A stretch of DNA of 64,000 nt from Glaucostegus cemiculus. Lineage: Eukaryota. The translations under genes and the position numbers were made by a program. The stretch covers positions 10,664,001 to 10,728,000 of the forward strand of contig CDPCPM010000014.1 in NCBI GenBank assembly GCA_976551045.1, read 5' to 3'. The notes under the pieces were generated by a model. The model had not been told where the DNA came from and did no database searches. It saw nothing but the letters and a program-made list of their open reading frames with translations. This document shows, piece after piece, positions 24,966 to 38,485 of this stretch (its first letter is position 1; every line of letters begins with the position of its first letter).

Positions 24966-26071
24966 CCCTAGTATTCTATTGGGCATACTGTTCACGTGAA
25001 TACTGTTCACGTAAAAAGTAAATGTTCAGCATTGACATCATATGGTAATAGTGTAGGCAGTGAAGTTCTAATGAGTCTATCATTTTTCTCAATGTCATGT
25101 GTTATGACGTTGGTTGTTGACAGGAATATCTGTAACTGAGTATGAAACTGAGTCACTTGTATTACTCAAGCAGTTTGTGCTTTACTTTTGAAGACAAGGG
25201 AAAGAGGGAAGTAGGATTGTAACAGTGGGAACATTTGGGTGGAAAGTCATAAAGTACTTTTATCAAGAACAAATTTTCAATGTTGTCCCCCTTCTGATAA
25301 ATGTCCACAAAGTAGGAATATGTTAGTAAATTGTTTTCTTTTAAGAATCCATTATCTTCTTTCATTTAAAACTACAGGTATCTGTGGAAAAGGTTCTCAA
25401 AATAATGAAGGAGAATGCAAACAAGGCATTGACAATAATTCTCGCTGCAGTTCCACAAATTGCATCCATGGATTGGTGTGAAAACATAAAGAATTTGAAA
25501 GTAAGTTGAGAAAATACAACGTAACAGCATTTTGATGGAACCTTATCCAAAACATCTTTGGTTTGGTGCATTGTAGCTATGTGTTAATCCAATTCTTAAT
25601 TGTAAGCCAAGTGACTTCAAACCTGACATTACCTGAAGCATGGTATAAATTACTCCATTGTTTGCACTAAAAGTGCACATATAATAATGGCTGGAGATTG
25701 TACTCCACCTCTGAAATCCAGCTTTGTTGAAGAAGTCAATAGAATTTCTACAAGTGAAGAAGTTATGCTTCTAGTAGGTTGGCAATAACTCTTTTGATGT
25801 TGTTCAATTGGTAAAATCTTTGTTCTAAGTGTGGAAACTCAGTATTTAAGTTTTGTAATCCAAATGAAATCCCGCACACCAACCACAATTTTCTAAACAT
25901 TGTATTAAAATCATGAGCCATTTCATTGCAGAATTTCTATATAAACTGATTTGGTGAGGCTTTATATCAAAAATTCAGAGCTGAAAAATTATTCTTCCTG
26001 TGTAATCTTAATCACTTTTTCATCTTCTGATTTGCTCTATTGACAGCTTTAGAACAGAACAGAGCAAACAT

Positions 26072-26250
26072 GAGGAAGTCCCAGCTGAGAAGTCATTTAA
26101 CAGTCCGGAATTTCCCTATTTGAAAGGAGCTAGAAATCTTTCCAACAGAGCCATTTGTTTACACAAGCATACATTTTAGGGAAAGTCCATTAGTAAGTGT
26201 GCGCCTACACAGCATAGTACATTTAAAATGTCATTTTAACTGGGTTTTCC
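26072..26250. promoter_or_regulatory. Candidate NF-kB/ETS/FOX site cluster
   Basis: gaggaagtccc (26072), ggaatttccc (26107), tgtttac (26156), gggaaagtcc (26179) and gggttttcc (26242) in unique sequence. Confidence 0.35.
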
Positions 26251-27675
26251 TCAATGGGTGGCAATTGCCTTATTGTCCTTTGATTGTAAAAGATTGACAA
26301 ACTGCAGTTCCTGTGTAGGCTGTTTAGTATTGCTTTTCAGTGAGGCAAATAAGAAGATAAAGTATTTTTATTATAGTCTCTATTTAAGGCTGTCAACACT
26401 CAACCGATAGCAGTAGCTAGTACAAGATTGTATCAGAAAGGTCATACCACATGGGATACACAGTTCTTAAAGATATATGCACAGTCATAAACTACTCAAC
26501 TTTCCCATCAATATAATCAACAATGTAAAATTATAGTTAATTATTTTATAAAGACATAGATATTAACTAAAAATTTAGCCAAATAAATGTCCTTACTTTT
26601 CAGTCCTCAACTACAATGCTATATTATAAACTTTACAGTATTCTTCTACTCTATAGTATTTATCCCAGTACAGTTACCACAATATATCACTTCTCCAAAG
26701 TCCTCATGTATGATTAATCTCATCATATCCATTGCAATACCCCAGCTGGACCACAGCTCAATACACCCATCCACTACTTAAGTAATTACAGTTATACATT
26801 GTTTCCAATATTTTTTCAAGTCCCACAAATCCAATAATAATATTTTCTAATTTAAATTCTTCTTATTGCTTCCCATCTTATTTGCCTTCATGCTCACTCT
26901 ATCTCACACTTTGGTTTCCCATTTACACTAAACATCTCTGCTGACCCTATTGAAGCTAAAACCTCCCATTTCTTATCATTCCCAGTGGATGCAAATCTGT
27001 TATCAAGGGTTTCAGCCTCGTCTGCTGCACCTTGGCTACCCTGTACTGACTTGATATTAGTAAGATAACATCTGTAGGATTTTCACAATGTTTAAATCAT
27101 CTGTGTCTTGCTGTTTCCCCCATTGTCAGGGCATTGAGCTGGTTTGGTTCAGGTCATTCAGAAGCTTACAAACGGCATAAACGCTATACTCTTTTCTCAA
27201 GACCTGCAACATCTCATTCACCATGATGTCACCATCTGACTTCATAGAAATTCAGTACAGCACTTTGCTGAACTTCTCACATTTTAACCTTCCCTGTAGA
27301 TTCTGCATTGTGCCTTTGTCTTAACATCCCGGTGTACTGGTTGTTCAGATTATTCATAAAAGTCACAGGATCCTTTTCCAAGCTGCTTGCTGCTGAAGAC
27401 CAAATACAGCCTTTACTCAGAAATCATCAAGCAACACCCAAATGGTACTCAAAGTGCAGGCTGCTCAACCCAGGCAATCCTCCACTTTGGGACACCTCAC
27501 CATAATCTGAACTTCAGACTTGCTTGATGACATGCTTCGTAATTTTGTATCTTCTCCTTGAGATTGGCTCCACTATAAACTTCCATCTTCTGTCCAAGTA
27601 CTTAACTACCAGTGCTGCCTCATAGTGAAGGAAACATGTCTGCAACTCTTGCTGGTAGATGTTTGCACACTCACT

Positions 27676-27780
27676 GTTCCAATGAAGATTCATTGACTTG
27701 AAACATTAACTCTATTTCACTCTTCACTGATACTACCTGCCCTGCTGAGTATTTCCAGCATTTGCTGTCCTTATTTCAAA
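27676..27780 (+). mobile_element. PLE pLTR 3' end (family A) with decayed hammerhead
   Basis: gttccaatgaagattcattgacttgaaacattaactct...cctgctgagtatttccagcattt. Confidence 0.7.
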
Positions 27781-29834
27781 ATTGTGAGCCCCTTATTTTT
27801 GAAAAACAATGTTCTCTTAAATGTCCCTGAAAGTAGATTCTTCGTGATATTATCAATTTGCAGTTCAACACCATGCCTTGGAATATCGTGCACCATGGTG
27901 CGACATCACTGTAGCCCTCAGTTTTATACAAATAGATCTTTTTGCAATTTGTTGTCCACACAATTCGGTCTACCCTCTCTTGAAAAAGCTTTCATCTATT
28001 GGTTTCTGTTGCTTTTTTTGGCCCAAACCTCATGCACTTCTTCAGATGGTCTCTCCTCAGACTCTATCTGAACTGTGCACAGTCCACTGCTTTCACTTTA
28101 CTTTCCTCCCCAGTCTCTGATTTTCTCAAATAGTAGAATAGTGGTCATGATATTCTCGTACGCCATGTTAGAGCTGCACCTGGTAATCTTGGTGCTTCTT
28201 GACCCCACCTGAACAGTGGACTTTTGGGGCAGGGCTGTTGCAGCCCAAAGCTTGAGATGTTCCTAAATCTTGTCACTGTCCAATGCTGCAATTTTTTGAA
28301 ACACACAGTCCCTCAAGCCCAGTGACTTGATCCAATTGTTGGTAACGATTGCAGGTTCATGGTTCTTGCCCATAACCATTGTCATAACTGGATCCATCTG
28401 CCTTGATTAGCAAGCCAACAGCTTATTTCCCCATAACTTAGAGAGTCCCTCCTACATAGTTGTCAACACTAGTTTATTCTTCCTCAATAAAAAGTGATGT
28501 GTTTTCAGTACATATGTTGGCCTATAACTAACCAATGCTGCACTGTCAATAAGCATAACCTCATCTGCTGGTGTGCATTAAATTCAATTTAACATACCCA
28601 ATTCTAGCATTTCACTCTCCATTTACGGCACATGAATGGTTTCCCAACAGGACTGTTCTAAACTCTTGCCCCCCTATATCAAATGCAAATGCGACCACTG
28701 GCTTAATGAGCTGGTACTTCCTTAGGAACTTGCACATCCATGCAACATACACTGTTCAGTGGGAATTAAAACATTGGATTGTCTTGAGACCACCCACACT
28801 CTACAGCCATCCTGGCTCTGACACTCATATGACAAATGGATTTCCTGCCACTTGTAAGCATCCACGTGACTTGCAAGTAGTAAAGGTAACCATGCTGCCA
28901 ATTCCATCTTTTGCTCCCGCCCGCACCTCAGACTGGTTTCACATTTTTCAACACCGATACTACAGGAGTGGTTATTCTGTATGCTCTCCCAAAAATCAAA
29001 TGCAGTTTTGTATAAATTTTTTTGTTAGCCAGTGCACACACCAAAGGATCCTTTGGCGCTTGATCTAAAAATGGCTGAGAATTGTACCTTTTGATCAATG
29101 TCTTTAGTTTGATGTCATCACTTCTGGTCCTTGGTTGCCTGTGCCAAACCTCTAACCCTTGAAAATACCTGAAGGTGCAGGGTTAACATTTCATTTTTTT
29201 ACAATATCCTTGTACAAGACCTCAGACATGATCTGTGGCACTAATAAATACAGCAGCCTTTCAAATTGTTCCAGCCTTTCTACTAGTAATAATTGCCTTC
29301 CAACATCTGGCTGTGTTGCTCTCACCTGTGTACTTCCTACAGGACCTTAGATGTATCCTTCACCCTCAGATAATCTTCACCCATCCCAAGTAAAAAACAA
29401 TTCATTCCTGGGAATGCATCCTGAGGCTAAGAGGGGTTCTTGAGGATTGTTAGATGTACACATTTTACTCCACATGTAAAAATTTGATTCCATTGAAGTC
29501 AATGAATAATATTTTGGAAGCAGCTTGCAAAGCCCATGTTTTTCCACAACCATGCATTTAGAGCAAACAGTCAAGGACAAATTTCTGCCCTGTGAAATTT
29601 CAAATAGGAGAAAACTAGATATGTTTTCAGACCATTTCTCAATTTTAGTCTTATAATTATCATGTCATGATCTGTTCACTTAATTTGCACAATTAGTGAT
29701 AGCTTTTGCATTATTTAATTTCATGTAAAGTTTAATTCATTTCCTCATACATCCATCAGGAATCTCAAATGAGAAGGTCCATGAAGTGCCAAAGGTTTAT
29801 CGTGCATTACCCTGCATGATACCACAAAATTGAG

Positions 29835-30225
29835 TTATAGAAACTCACAGCACAGACAAAGACCATTCAGTCCTTCATCCCTCTGCTTTGAAAGAGAAGT
29901 AAGACAGTCCCATATCTTTTTGCACATAAATCTGCAAAGTTCCACATTCTCATTTACCTGTCTGACACCCTCTTTAAACTATATATGGATTTGAGTTCCA
30001 CCAGCTTTGTTATGTTAAGTATTCCAAATCGCAGTGGAGCAGTGTAAATAATTTTCCTCACTTTCCCCTTGCCCTCCAAGATACTTTCCAATGATTTTAA
30101 ATCTATAATCTTTGGTTATGAACCCACTCACCAGGGAGAATGATTTTCCTTTGTCCATGTTATCATAATCTCTAATCACAATGAAAACCTCAGATAGTTT
30201 ACCACTTAACCTTCCCAGTTGCAAG
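29835..30225 (-). mobile_element. Decayed CR1 3' fragment
   Basis: Tail atagaaactcacagcacag...; minus-strand ORF remnant KDYRFKIIGK. Confidence 0.5.
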
Positions 30226-33200
30226 AACATTCCAGCACAGGAATGAACAAATGCTCCATTGTTAGGGGTGTCATCCATCAGAAAATTTTAGAACAAAATC
30301 TTGGTTGTCTGGTACTAAAGATACCATGGCACAATATGACGAGACTAAGCACTGGCACTATATAAAAAAAAGCTAATTCTTTTCCATTTATCAGATTTTG
30401 TAGTATCTGTCAATGATATCTGCTATTTTGCCCACATAAAAAGGAACTGAACTTCGTAATAATCAGTTGTGCATGAAGGACTGTTCTTTCATTTTCTGTT
30501 TTTCAGAAGAATTTAAATATAATTTTAAAAACTTATTTGAACTTCTTCTGACCTCTGATTATTCACTGCCATTTCCTGTTAGACTTCCTAATTAAAAACT
30601 GTGTTTGGGTTCTGCTGGTGTGTTTGGGAAATGATATGTATATGCTCGAAATGATCCCAGCAGCTTTCAGTAGCTCTTGGTGTTGCTTGCTAAAATGAAT
30701 AGCTTAAAGTACATGCTCTTCTCAGCCTCAGGACATGAGCAATTATATTCACTCATCTGTCCTGATTTCTAATGTTAAAACTACCCAGAATCTGCTTTTG
30801 CTCTGATAGAACAGAAGGACATCATAAATAGAGGCAGGGTGAGCCGCAAAGCCCTTTGAGTTTTCCCCAACTCATGACTGATCTTCCATAATACAGTTTT
30901 AATTTTGTCAATATAATTGTACTCTGACCTGACAAGTGGTCCAAAAACCATTGGCAAGTTTAGTGCAAACATTCTGATCTTTTCCAGGATACAAAGAACT
31001 AGTGTAACTTTCAATTACCACCAAGGCAGACACTTAGTAGCATTGGATCAAACACATGATACACATCCTGATCAATTATGTGGGATGATACAGTAATGTA
31101 CATATCTGTTCCCACTAAAGTTCAATGTTCCCTCTGTTTGCAGTTACAGCATTAGACAATTGTGCTACCATTCATTTCAAAGAACATGTTTTAATGGGTA
31201 TCGTCTTTGATTTCTAGGCCTCTCAAGAAGCATCAGTTATTTTGCCAAAGTATTGAAACTCCAGTGGTTGAAGATAGTCCCGCTGCTCAAGAATAGTTGA
31301 AAATCCTGGTGACACATTTCACTCCAATCTTCCTGGTTAATGTTACATTAATAAAATATTTGGACTACAGAACCAGAGTTCAGCTGGTAATGGATGGATT
31401 ATAAACTGTTGTAATTTTGTCACTGCATGTGGACTGAAAGTCAGCTAGTGTTGATGAAATAGAATCAATTTTAATGAGCATTGATGAAGTTAATGAATAA
31501 TTTATTGAAAAAAATGTCAGAATGGAGCCCATGTAGTACAGTTTCTTTTGTGCTCTAATTATTTCCTAGTTGGAGCTGACCGGGGTACAAACAGAATTTT
31601 CTAAGCAGAACATTGAGAACTGAAGATAAAAATCAGTTTTGAATTTAACTGATAGCTTTTAATGTACAATTTTGTCTAATACCTTTTGGAAATCCAGTTA
31701 TTCAATCTTCTAGCACTTTCCTTCAGCTACTTCAATAAAGAATTGATAGAGGTGAGAATTGTTAAGACCCTTCTCAATCTGCATTGGGTATTGTTCACTA
31801 GGGTAAGAGTCCACAGGTGAGATTAGTGCATGACAATATCGAACAACAGAGGTTAGGTTTTTTAACACCCACTTTCTTGCAAGGCCCAATTTTCTATTTG
31901 TCAGTTACTGCTAGTGCCTATTTTACCCATAATTTTCAGGTATGCTCTTGGTAACTGATTTGATTATTGTACATGAAATAGAAGTTAGACGAATGAAAAA
32001 GCAGTTCCTTTCTCAGCCCGTTCTAAGTTACAATAATTAGAGGAAGCTTGTATTTGATGGGCCACCACAAGTAAACCATCAACTCTTTCAAAATCACATC
32101 ACAAACTGAGCAAAGTCTACATGAGTTACTTGGCCTTGATTTTTGTAGTGGAACTACTGTTGCTGTGACCCCCTCAGACTGGATTATTAAACAGAGACTC
32201 TAAATAACGAAAAAAAATTATAATCACTTCCTCTATTCAGTTTGCACTTTATAGTGTTATAAAACATGTTCCAACTTAACTTTCCCTGACTCACACCACA
32301 CGGCAGAAGTTCTCTTATCAGCCAGCAGGTTAGAAAGTTGACTGTTTTACATTAAAATAGGGATGGCAGGAAACAGGCCGTCAATTTTCTAACCTGTTGA
32401 CCTGCTATCAGTCACTTAATTCCCATTGTTCCATTCTATCCTGAACCAATTTCACCTATTATTGGTGGAATCATAGACTAGTAAACTAGTAAACTGCAGT
32501 TTGACAATGGGCATATCCATTCCCTCCAATATCAATTGATTGTGAAGTAACATCCTAAGTATCTTCTGCTACCTTGATTGCTGATCATCTGCACCCTGGA
32601 CCAGGCTGTTTTTCTCCAGTGTGGTCCAGGGTGCAATCTTTCCCTGTGTGCCCATCTCCCAGGGCATTGGTGTGGCACGGTATATCTCCAGATCAAGTAG
32701 TGGGTGCCAGTGAGCACTGAGCACCAGACCTCACTGGCTGTCAGATATTTGGAGGAAATTGTGGAGAAATAAGTTTGTAAGTGGATCTGTATGCTGTTTT
32801 TTGTGAGTTGGAAACATTTGAAACACAAGTACAGGAAACAGAAGAAGAGACAGCTTACCTACAATTTAATCATCTTCTGATGGCTTTTTAATTTCCCTTT
32901 TTGGCTGATTGCTTAGCATTCATTATCTTGCTGAATTTCTGCCAGCTCTGTATACAAAATTTTCTCTTAAATCTGACTTAACATTCATCTTGCAAGACAA
33001 ATATCAAACCTGTACATAATGAAGGAATACTATTTTATTATCACAGTGTAAGTGGTAAAGGATTTATTTTAGTTTTCCTGGTTATTTATTTCAGTGACAT
33101 TTAAAAAGCAGCTTGTAACTTGATCATGTTGCAAATGAAAGTTAGGTTTTGACAACCCATTCAATGGCATCAGAAATTACTGATTTATCATGCTAATAGG

Positions 33201-33871
33201 GAAGGTAAAGCTTAAGCATAAATTTTGATGACTACACATTGAAAATATGTTTTGTGCCCTTGCACTGAAGCACTGGAAATATTCCAGGGGAAAGAGCTAA
33301 AATGATTTTAGGATTGGATCTCCAAATTATGATAGCATCTTTTTCATAATTCTTAATTAGTTTTGATATTAGGGAAAAATATGAAACATGGATGCTTTTT
33401 GCAGTAGCAATAATGACAAAACCATCCAGGTTTGGGATTTTTATGCCCGTGAAGCTCACTGCATAAAATCTGTTTGACACCTGTTAATAAGCCCTCTTCC
33501 ACGGGCTTCAGTATTTGTTGCCTTCGCATTGCAGTCAAGGGAAGTCACTTGAATTGTAATTCAAACTAGTTACAAACAGGTTCAACTAAAAAAAAGTAGG
33601 ATGCATTATATGAGGGCTGAAAACACTGGCCAGGTGCGGAGATGTCTAAACGTTCTGTTTTGCTTGAGTATGAATCCTTAATCCATTCTTCAACATCTGG
33701 ACCAAGTAAAACAATGCAGGAGACCATGACTCAGTTGGCAAGGGCACTTGTTCTTGTGCTCAGCCTCTCCCTGACTTGGTGAACTTTCAGACCACGGAAG
33801 AAACATGGAACCTCAAGCCATTCATAAGTATTTCAATGATGCTGCAAAAACAAAAAGAGAAATGTTTCCTG

Positions 33872-34100
33872 GATAGCTCAATGAGTCTGTCTGGAGCAGG
33901 TTATACATACAAATCATGAAGATACCAGATTCAACTCCAGTCTGTGTAGCACTAGCTGATCTAGATTTGATTATGGTATAATTGGCTTTCAATCCTTGAG
34001 CTGGAAAGAGAAAGGTTGGTTAGGACTCCTACAGCTTATCACTAACCTTAGACTTCTGTTGGAAGTATGAATGTGTGGACTCAGTAGTGATGTTCTCTGC
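33872..34100 (+). mobile_element. Old tRNA-type SINE remnant (possibly LF-SINE-like)
   Basis: tagctcaatgag (A-box-like), agattcaactcc (B-box-like), tagctgatct and ctgttggaagtatgaatgtgtggac; heavily decayed. Confidence 0.35.
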
Positions 34101-34428
34101 AGTCTAATTAGCTTACATTACCAATTGTTAGGTTACACATAATGGAAGTGTCTACTTCAGGGTGATTATTCCCAGCAAGAATTCAATGCTATTGGGATTG
34201 GAGACAGAATTGGCACCATAAAATTGATTCAGATTCCCGGAGAAGAAAGAACCACTGAAAGGTGGACATGGAATTATTCACTTATGCACCTATCAAAGCT
34301 TACCGAAAAGCTTCCTAAGTCTGTTAATGGTCTCAACTGATCTCTTTCAAATCCATTTTCCAAAATAATAATGAACTGCAATCATGTCCTTTCAGTAATA
34401 TACATCATCTTAATGTTTGATACTGTAA

Positions 34429-35170
34429 GACATTTTTAATATTATTTCAGATGTACTGAAGATCAATTTACAACCTCACCCTATTACTGCAATTTTTGGA
34501 TTGCCATGGATAAAGTCTGGCCATTTACCTGCTTCTGCTAACCGTATGATTGCTTTTGTTACATTGATGGCCAAATGAGCCATTCTGCTTAAATGGAAGG
34601 ATCCAATACCCCCCAGTACCTTTCAATGGTTTTCTCAAACTATACCATGTCTTAATTTGGAAAAAATTAGGAGTGGTACTGTTGATTCTTCGCTTAAATT
34701 TGAAGATATTTGGAGTCCATTTATTCAATTCTTTTACATGATGTAGTTTCCCCTTCTATAACTTTTTTATCAATTCAGAGGAACGGAGCTGACGACATTA
34801 TATTGCTCTGTTTCTATTGAAAATTTTAGCCCAGTTTTTTTTTTCTTGTTTTGTTTTTTCTTTTTTTAAAATAATTTTCGGTTCAATTTACTGTGTATTG
34901 TTATAATTTTTTTATTGATTTGGGTTTTTTTTTCTTGTTTTTTTTTCTAATTATATAACAAATCTTTTTCTTTCCTATCTTTTACATTACACTTATGAAC
35001 CAAGAGATTGTTGGAACTATTTCTTTTATATATATCATACTTTATTACTTTTTTTAATGATTACCTATGATTGTTACCTGATATCTCTATAATACATATG
35101 TAGACATTATTGATATATATATTAACCTGTATTGATTTGTAATCAATAAAAGGATTGAAAAAGAAAGAAA
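34429..35170 (+). mobile_element. L1-clade LINE 3' end with 10-bp TSD
   Basis: Frame 34429-34746 reads DIFNIISDVLKINLQPHPITAIFG...LMAK*AILLKWKDPIPPSTFQW...LNLEKIR, a fish-type L1 ORF2 C-terminus. T-rich UTR, aataaa and (gaaa)n tail; gatactgtaa at 34419-34428 and 35171-35180. Confidence 0.9.
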
Positions 35171-36899
35171 GATACTGTAATGAAGCTGGGATGATATGAC
35201 AGTTAAGGCAGGACCATTTGCTTAAAAGCAACTCCATAAAACTGCACTGTGTATCACAGTAACAACAGTAAATACCAGAACCTAGATTTTAGCAGTGCTA
35301 TTAATTAAATGCAGCAACAAGTGTGGAAGAGAAAAAAGCACCACCAGCATGGTGGATGGGGAAGCCCTTGATAGTAGCCAATGAGGCTACAGATCATGGT
35401 GTAACAGTAGATGGAAGGTTAATAACTGTGTCACTGAAAAGTATATAGGAAAATAACAGAATATATAAAATTCTGGGTAGTTTTGCAGTTTCCTGCCTAT
35501 TAAAAGTACCTTCATAATGGTCTTTAAGTTGTTATTCCACATATTAGTTGCACTCCATGTCAAAGAATCTTAAATTGCAAATGAACTAATATCTAACATT
35601 AAGTTCTTCAGTGCAAAATGGATTAAGTGCTTTAGAGAAGGTTTTGTAGATTGGGTGCTATGTTTAATTGGACAATAACCCTGGTTTTATGGATAGAGAT
35701 GAGACCACCCATACATCTGCCACCATCCTGAGTACTAAGTCCCCATTTGTCTTCTGAGGATATCCTGCATGCACATCCTGGATGAGATCAGCTCCAACAT
35801 CAGTGATAAGGTGCAAAGCATCGGTCGTGGCACCGCACTCAGATGCTATCATGAGATTGGAGGGAGGAGGCAGATCTGACTAAACCCTAGCATGGAACTG
35901 CTGAAAGCAGTTTGACTGCATTCTAAAGCAATGAATGATCAATTAAAAATTCTGAAAAATGTTGAATTGAAATAATTGATATATATTTAAAACATTTATA
36001 TAAACAAATATTTTTTTTTCCCTTAAATAATTTCTGACATTTATCTTATTCCCTTGTAACTGTTCTCTATTGAAGTCAATAGAGAACTGCCTATGCCAGG
36101 TATATTCAGGTACAAGCTCTTCAAGCAGGATCTCTGAGTATTGGCTGCAACTTTACACTCTGCCACTATAAAAGATATGTGAAAAGCTATGGGATGTTTT
36201 GAACTTTAATGTCTGTGCATGTAGGTGCAGTAAACCTGGACTTCCTGGCATTCGCAGACAGAAATACAGGGAATGGGGAATGAGCTGACTGCTTTACTTC
36301 AACTTCCAAGGATCTGTCCTTGCATCTCCCTGTCCTTTGCCTCTCTCATTTCCCTACATCTTGTTGCCTCTTGGTGATATTATCTGAAAATTTATTAGGT
36401 TTCACATGTATTCTAACAGCACCGCTCCTGTCTATCTTAGAGACATTATTACAGACTGATCCCACCATGCAGAGCTCCCTATTGGAAGCACTGACTCTCA
36501 GATGTGTTAATTAAAGTCCCATCCTTTCTCTGTCTTACCAAGTACAGATTGTATGGACGTTATCACATGACATCACAGTGCATAAAGTGCCACATTTCCT
36601 TTGTTATAATTGGGTTGATTGAAAGTTGTTGGAACATTTCAAGTCTTCTTTCTTATTTCTGATACTCTCTCTTTGGAATTCAGCATTGGATAAGCAGAAA
36701 TGTCCTGCTTCTAAATGCTGTGAGGATCAACGTTATTGTCTTTAGACCCTGCCACACAAACTATTTCTCATTCATTGACTCTATCCATTCCAGTTGCCCC
36801 CATGTGGGGCCAGCACAGATTGTTCATTGTGAGAGTGGCTTTATCGATGCTGAATTGAGTTCCTATCCAATATTCTTTCCATTTTCGAAATTGTCTAGT

Positions 36900-37570
36900 T
36901 CCACCTCTGCTTCAGTTAATCTGGGTTTCTGCTATCTCTAGGCAAGACCCTTCCTGACCTTGCACCCTCAACCAAAGCATTGTTGGTCACACCTTCACTA
37001 GCACCATGTTCCATTTATATATCACCCCTTGCATCCTGATTCAGGAGTGCCCTGATCTTAAAATTCTTATTTTCAACTTCCTCCATGATGTCTCTTCTCT
37101 TTACTTCTGCTACTTTCTCCCGCCCTACACTCAGATCTCCAAATCTGGCCTTTTGCTTTCATCACTTTAGCATTTAGAAGCCATTCCATCAACTTGCATC
37201 CTGATACAGGAGTGCCCCGATCTTAAAATTCTTATTTTCAACTTCCTCCATGATGTCTCTTCTCTTTACTTCTGCTACTTTCTCCCGCCCTACACTCAGA
37301 TCTCCAAATCTGGCCTTTTGCTTTCATCTCTTTAGCATTTAGAAGCCATTCCATCAACTGCCCAGATTCCAAGCTATGGGATCATCTCTTTGAATTTCTC
37401 CTCATCTTTCTTCTGCTTTAAAACCTACCTCCTTGACCAAGTTTCTATTTGCCTATTCTGATGTGTCTTTATATTGCTTTGTCAAATTTTGTCTGATAAT
37501 GTTCTAGTGAAGCACTTTGAAGCTTTGCTCTGTTAAAAGGGCTGCATAAAAATAAGCTGCTGTAGATGTT
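36900..37570 (+). mobile_element. L2-clade LINE 3' fragment
   Basis: ttaaaacctacctccttgaccaag, gtcaaattttgtctgataatgttctagtgaagcacttt and ttaaaagggctgcataaaaataag form an L2-type 3' end. Confidence 0.7.
37029..37358. repeat. 165-bp tandem duplication
   Basis: 37029-37193 versus 37194-37358; 3 substitutions by eye. Confidence 0.97.
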
Positions 37571-38485
37571 GATTGGCTATATGTGTGATGCTTTCAGAAA
37601 ATGATTTTAAAAAATAGCTCTTTAGATATGGAAAAGGAATTGTGGCTTCTTATACTTTGAAAAAGTTTGTAATTTCATTGGGCTGTTCAATTTGAGAGGC
37701 TTGTTGCCTGGTGAAGCTGCAAACTACCACTGAGAAAACCTTGGGGAACCATACATTGTACTGTGGTAGTTTACAGCTGCAGTGTGAACCTGCACTATAT
37801 ATCCCTGGATCCTGCCACAAAACTACTGAAGCTCCACAAAGACATTTCATGGCGTTACTTGCCTGTTGCAGGGGTGTTAGTGTGAGCTTCACATTCATAA
37901 TTTATTTGGTTTAAAATATGTTCCTCTTCTAATAATTCTATTGCTGTGATTTATGGGGAACACAATAACAAAGAAGATGCCCTCTTAAAAAAATTTAAAA
38001 ATTATACTTAATGATACATCTACTGTCTGATTTTGAAATTAATTAAATCCTGTGATAACTTTCTAATAGAACTACAATATGTAGGATCAAACTGTACATT
38101 AAACAAGACTCCTGGGTATTTTGATGAAGTCTATATTGTAGTCATAATAACTTGATCATTACAATCTCCTTTTAAGTAAATGTTCCTCTGATCACCAAGT
38201 TTAGTACTGCATAAATGTCTTTATGACTTCTGGCAAATCAAAATTGTGAGAGGAAATAAATAAATGCAGCAATGTTTTTTTCAGATTAGAAAATAAAACC
38301 TGATGTAAATTGAAAATCACAATGATCGTCAAACATTTGTTTTGCCTTGGCTTAAGTGTACAGCAGAAGATGTAACAGAAAGAGTCTGTCCATACAAGTG
38401 CAACAAAGCTAGATCAAGGTTGATGAAAATACCACAGAAATCAATATCTTATATTAAGAATAATTACAAAATTGCAGAGAAATTG

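Noticed and set aside
33445-33507. gcccgtgaag / cttccacgggc inverted pair as a structured RNA
   Set aside because: Only about 10 bp with a bulge, no inner pairing and no snoRNA boxes; compatible with chance.
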